64,000 nt of DNA, taken from Curvularia clavata (taxonomy: Eukaryota). The translations under genes were made by a program, and so were the position numbers. Positions 60,306 through 64,000 of the stretch are shown piece after piece (position 1 is the stretch's first letter; the number at the start of each line of letters is the position of its first letter). The stretch covers positions 186,001-250,000 of the forward strand of contig CP089280.1 of assembly GCA_023920165.1 (NCBI GenBank), read 5' to 3'. Under the pieces are notes generated by a model. The model searched no databases and was not told where the DNA came from. It saw only the letters and a program-made list of their open reading frames with translations.

Positions 60306-62444
60306 ATGGCCCAGTGCGAGTTTTGCAATGCAGTTGCAAATGAGATTGAAAGAGCCGTGGAAGATCAAGAGAAGTTTGGGTGGGAGTATGACGATCACGA
60401 GGAGTTCGTGTGGGAGTATGACAAAGTTAGACAGAACCGTGGGTGTGTTACGTGTCAGAAGGTTGTACGAGCTTTCCATATGGAATATCTGGGTGTTCCT
60501 TTGGGTGATAAGCTTGGCTATGTGTCCTACTTCATAGATCGTTGGATACTGAGCCTTCGAGATCGAATCGATGGTTTCGTCGGAAGAAAACCCTTTATTG
60601 GTATTAACTTCGCGGCCGATCATGGTACTCCAAACGAGCTCGGGTTTTCTATCTGGAGACGAAGGATTAATGTCGCGGGCATCAAGAGGTGGATTGACCA
60701 ATGTGATCAGAACCATGGTGGAAGATGCCACACTTTCACCGATCCCATCTTCAAAATACCAGAAGCCACTGGATTGATTTTCATCGACGTCGAAAAACTT
60801 TGTTTGGTGCGGCAATCGAAGGATGGGCAGAAGTATCGATATGCCGCCTTAAGTTATGTATGGGGCACAACTACCGATCCTTTCCAGACGACGATGTCGA
60901 ATTTTGATGAATTGAGCAAGCCAAATGCATTCAAGCTACCTGAAAACATTTGGCGACTTCCCAAAACGATCAAGGATAGCTTTCTTTTGACTCGCACTCT
61001 CGGCATACAATACTTGTGGGTCGATAGATTCTGCATCATACAGGATGATGAAGTTTCAAAACCCCATCAACTGGCCTCTATGACCTCCATATACACGAAT
61101 TCATACGTCACTATTGCAGCCACCGAAGGCGAAGATAGTAGCTACGGACTCTGTGGAATTGGAAAGAAACGTCCAAGGACACCGCCGTTTGACATCTTCA
61201 ATTTTACTCCTAGTTGTCGCATGATTTCATATTCACCAAGGAAATCAACTTCCCGCCAAGTCTATCATACTCGAGGTTGGACTTTTCAAGAATGGACTTT
61301 TCCGCGCCGCACGATAGTATTTCACGACCAGACCGTTACTTGGGCATGTCAAAAATGTCAGCAGCAAGAAAATGGGAAGGAATCGTGGCAAATCCCCCAA
61401 AAAACATACATTTCCATTTGGACAAGAAGGGTCGATCCTCAAGTCTACTGTACGAAGGTAGACGAGTATAGCAGGAGAAACCTATCTGATCCAAGTGATG
61501 TTCTAACTGCATTTGATGCGTTTATCACGGTGCAAAGCCGTGCCATGAAGAGCGCGGTATTGCATGGCCTGCCAGAACTTTTCTTTAACAGCATGCTATG
61601 CTGGCATCATGACTTAGACTTTCCCCAACGAAGACGAGTTGATTCTGAAGGCAAGGTACTCAAACAATTTCCCTCTTGGTCGTGGGCCGGCTGGGTGGGA
61701 CCAACTGATACACTTCTACCTTACGAGGCAAGTAGTATCCGGATGAAATTCGCGCCTGGTCGTCTTATATATCCTTGCATTATCGACATTTACAAGCTCC
61801 CCACCAACTCACCACCTGGAAGACGACAGTCGGTAAAGGATTTACACTACTATGAGAATCTTGGCGTGACAACGTTTGTTAAGGACGAAGATTCGGAGGA
61901 AGAGCGGTGGGTTGAATACAAACTTATTGTGCCCGACGATGACGACGCCTCCTCCCTTCTTTCGAGCACCAATCTACTGTATTCCACAGTTATCGAGTTC
62001 CGTACTCGCCGGCTGATCACGACCTTAGCAGAATATGACTTTAACGGTTCTCGAAAGGATCTGGTTTCTATACGAGGCTCGAAAGGGCAAATGATTGGTA
62101 CTCTAGACTTTCTCTTATCTCTCCATCCACTTGATCTGCCCAAGCACAATGTCGAGCTCATTTGCATCAGTGTCAGCGAGCCAGTGTGCACAAAGCATGC
62201 CCACACTCGAACACCTGGCTCCCAGTACCTCGTAGGCCAAAATTGTCTTGAAGAATGCTTCGAAAAGAGAGATCAACACTTAGAGTCGATATATGAACCA
62301 GCATCCAATTGGCAGTTCAGATGTTACGATGTACTCTGGATCGAGTGGGAAGGCGACATTGCGTATCGAAAAGCTATAGGACAAGTCTGGAAAGAGGAAT
62401 GGGACGCTGCGGACACAGAGGAGGTAGACATACGACTTGGATAG
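60306..62444 (+). CDS. HET (heterokaryon incompatibility) domain protein, single ORF
   Basis: YAALSYVWG, LPKTIKDS, YLWVDRFCIIQDD, MTSIYTNSYVTIAA, TRGWTFQE, FPSWSWAGW. Confidence 0.92.
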   Translation: MAQCEFCNAVANEIERAVEDQEKFGWEYDDHEEFVWEYDKVRQNRGCVTCQKVVRAFHMEYLGVPLGDKLGYVSYFIDRWILSLRDRIDGFVGRKPFIGINFAADHGTPNELGFSIWRRRINVAGIKRWIDQCDQNHGGRCHTFTDPIFKIPEATGLIFIDVEKLCLVRQSKDGQKYRYAALSYVWGTTTDPFQTTMSNFDELSKPNAFKLPENIWRLPKTIKDSFLLTRTLGIQYLWVDRFCIIQDDEVSKPHQLASMTSIYTNSYVTIAATEGEDSSYGLCGIGKKRPRTPPFDIFNFTPSCRMISYSPRKSTSRQVYHTRGWTFQEWTFPRRTIVFHDQTVTWACQKCQQQENGKESWQIPQKTYISIWTRRVDPQVYCTKVDEYSRRNLSDPSDVLTAFDAFITVQSRAMKSAVLHGLPELFFNSMLCWHHDLDFPQRRRVDSEGKVLKQFPSWSWAGWVGPTDTLLPYEASSIRMKFAPGRLIYPCIIDIYKLPTNSPPGRRQSVKDLHYYENLGVTTFVKDEDSEEERWVEYKLIVPDDDDASSLLSSTNLLYSTVIEFRTRRLITTLAEYDFNGSRKDLVSIRGSKGQMIGTLDFLLSLHPLDLPKHNVELICISVSEPVCTKHAHTRTPGSQYLVGQNCLEECFEKRDQHLESIYEPASNWQFRCYDVLWIEWEGDIAYRKAIGQVWKEEWDAADTEEVDIRLG

Positions 62445-62483
62445 GGCGATAAGTGCCCGACAAGTGCACATTGGATTGGTACC

Positions 62484-64000
62484 CTACAGATGCGGTACCT
62501 TCAAGCTGGCCAACAAGAGGTTCACGATACTGAACAACCCCTCTCCAAGAATTAACCCACTCGCAAGTACAACAATCGGGGTCTCGCTTCTGCCCTTCCA
62601 GCGCCGCCACCATAAACTAATCAGACCCCCGATCGTGCGTGCTAGAGTGAAAGAAGGCGTGTTGTACATTCCTGTACCAAGCGTTAGTAAACTGAATAGG
62701 CTGAGAGTAGAGCACAAAAACCTACCAACAGCAACAGCAATTCCACCTGGTACAAAGTCAACCCACCATCCGCTAAGGCCTCTCTGCTTCCGGTTGTTAC
62801 CCCAGACTCTGACTATCGTACTAGCGGCAAATATAACAGCCGCTCCGCTCGCCCATTCTTTCACCATGGGTGGCAGACCCTTGCCCGTCACCAGTCGCGC
62901 AGTAAAGACCCAAACATAGCCTGTTGGTACCTCGAATAGCCCACCTGGAATTGTGTACACATTCGTATACAATTTGTATACAACCGCCGACACCACTGCA
63001 CCAACTGCTGAGCCAATCATCTGACCCCAGAACTGAGCATTCGGTGCCGCACCCAGAATGTGCCCGCACTTGAGATCCTGCAGCAGATCCCCTGCTTGCA
63101 GCGCTGCGGACTCGGAGACTGCACCTGCGACGAGGTTGATAATGACTGCATTTTTGGCTCCTGGACCAGTCGTCGGCGTGACGAGGGCGAAGACGAGTTG
63201 GGTGAGCTTGGAAATTCCAGAGACTGGGTTCAGGTCGGTTTCACCGAGTGCGCGGACACCCATGATCGAAAGGAGGAGCGCGAGTACCAACGATAGCAGT
63301 GTCAGGCGGAAGGGGATGAGGCCGGGAAATGTTACATGAACGGCAACAACGCAAAGAACCAGGGATACGATCAGCCCGATGATGGTGGTACGGTTGGAAA
63401 CGAGGTGTTCAGGCGGCGCGTCTGGATCGGCATCTGAAGCGAGGTGCTTTTTGATAGATATCAATGGGGTCTCTGACGTCCCATCACCTAACTGCGTGTA
63501 TCTTTGCCTAGAAGTGATTTTGAGCGTGAAGATCTCCTTCCAGGTATGTGACTGAAAACTTTCTTTGGCTGTTGGGTAGTATGCTCTTGCAATAGCGATG
63601 AGTGGGCGCAAAACCAGCCACCCTAGACTGATAAGGGAGTCTGCCAGCATGATGGCAAGTGATATCCAGACGATCCATCCTTTCGAACCATCAGCCCAGT
63701 CAGAGACGGGCCCTGGTGCCCATCCCTTGTGCTTTGCAAGTGGCGAGAGGACACCCCAACCGATGATAGCGCCTATAAGCATATGGAGTGTTGTAGCCGG
63801 GCCCATGATAATGCCTTGGCCAACATATGCTGGCGAGGGATTCAAGGTCCAAAGCCATTTTTGCGCTAGTGTGAGACCAAAAACTGGAATGTCGTGTAAT
63901 TGCGGGATGAAATAGGACACAACAGTAAAGAGAGCGGATCCAGCAAAAGAGATTACCAGGAGCCTTATTTTAGACTTCCAATCTCCATCCTCTCCAGACT
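62484..64000 (-). CDS. OPT-superfamily oligopeptide transporter (YSL-like); 5' part outside the window
   Basis: PSPAYVGQGIIMG, RALGETDLNPVSGISK, AGDLLQDLK, ASGLILGEG. Confidence 0.9.
   Translation of the reverse strand, partial: SGEDGDWKSKIRLLVISFAGSALFTVVSYFIPQLHDIPVFGLTLAQKWLWTLNPSPAYVGQGIIMGPATTLHMLIGAIIGWGVLSPLAKHKGWAPGPVSDWADGSKGWIVWISLAIMLADSLISLGWLVLRPLIAIARAYYPTAKESFQSHTWKEIFTLKITSRQRYTQLGDGTSETPLISIKKHLASDADPDAPPEHLVSNRTTIIGLIVSLVLCVVAVHVTFPGLIPFRLTLLSLVLALLLSIMGVRALGETDLNPVSGISKLTQLVFALVTPTTGPGAKNAVIINLVAGAVSESAALQAGDLLQDLKCGHILGAAPNAQFWGQMIGSAVGAVVSAVVYKLYTNVYTIPGGLFEVPTGYVWVFTARLVTGKGLPPMVKEWASGAAVIFAASTIVRVWGNNRKQRGLSGWWVDFVPGGIAVAVGRFLCSTLSLFSLLTLGTGMYNTPSFTLARTIGGLISLWWRRWKGRSETPIVVLASGLILGEGLFSIVNLLLASLKVPHL

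Overview
Eukaryotic, filamentous-ascomycete DNA: short GT-AG introns with CTRAY branch sites, RIP-like TE decay, and gene content suggesting a Dothideomycete/Pleosporales fungus (inference). From ~8.7 kb onward it is mostly housekeeping genes: GH43, MOSC, ORP1-like, ING/PHD, 5'-nucleotidase, Uds1, NAT, NDUFA1, MYST HAT, velvet, P450, CDC45, glycerol-3-P acyltransferase, GH76, CCDC124, aquaglyceroporin, HET and OPT. The first 8.5 kb is an accessory island. A ~6 kb segment (24-5991) bounded by a 34/35-bp inverted repeat encodes no transposase. It carries a head-to-head pair: a 13xTPR-repeat + motif-intact Ser/Thr kinase, and a HeLo-domain + pseudokinase with an MLKL-like GFEL motif. This resembles a mobile two-gene RIPK3/MLKL-like cell-death or non-self-recognition module. 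It is followed by a decayed pogo/Fot1 transposon and a probable solo LTR. A second notable head-to-head pair at 42.2-46.2 kb couples an atypical HSPA12-type Hsp70 with a coiled-coil protein whose C-terminus resembles the GrpE beta-domain. All calls come from reading the sequence and ORF track by eye; no database searches were run.
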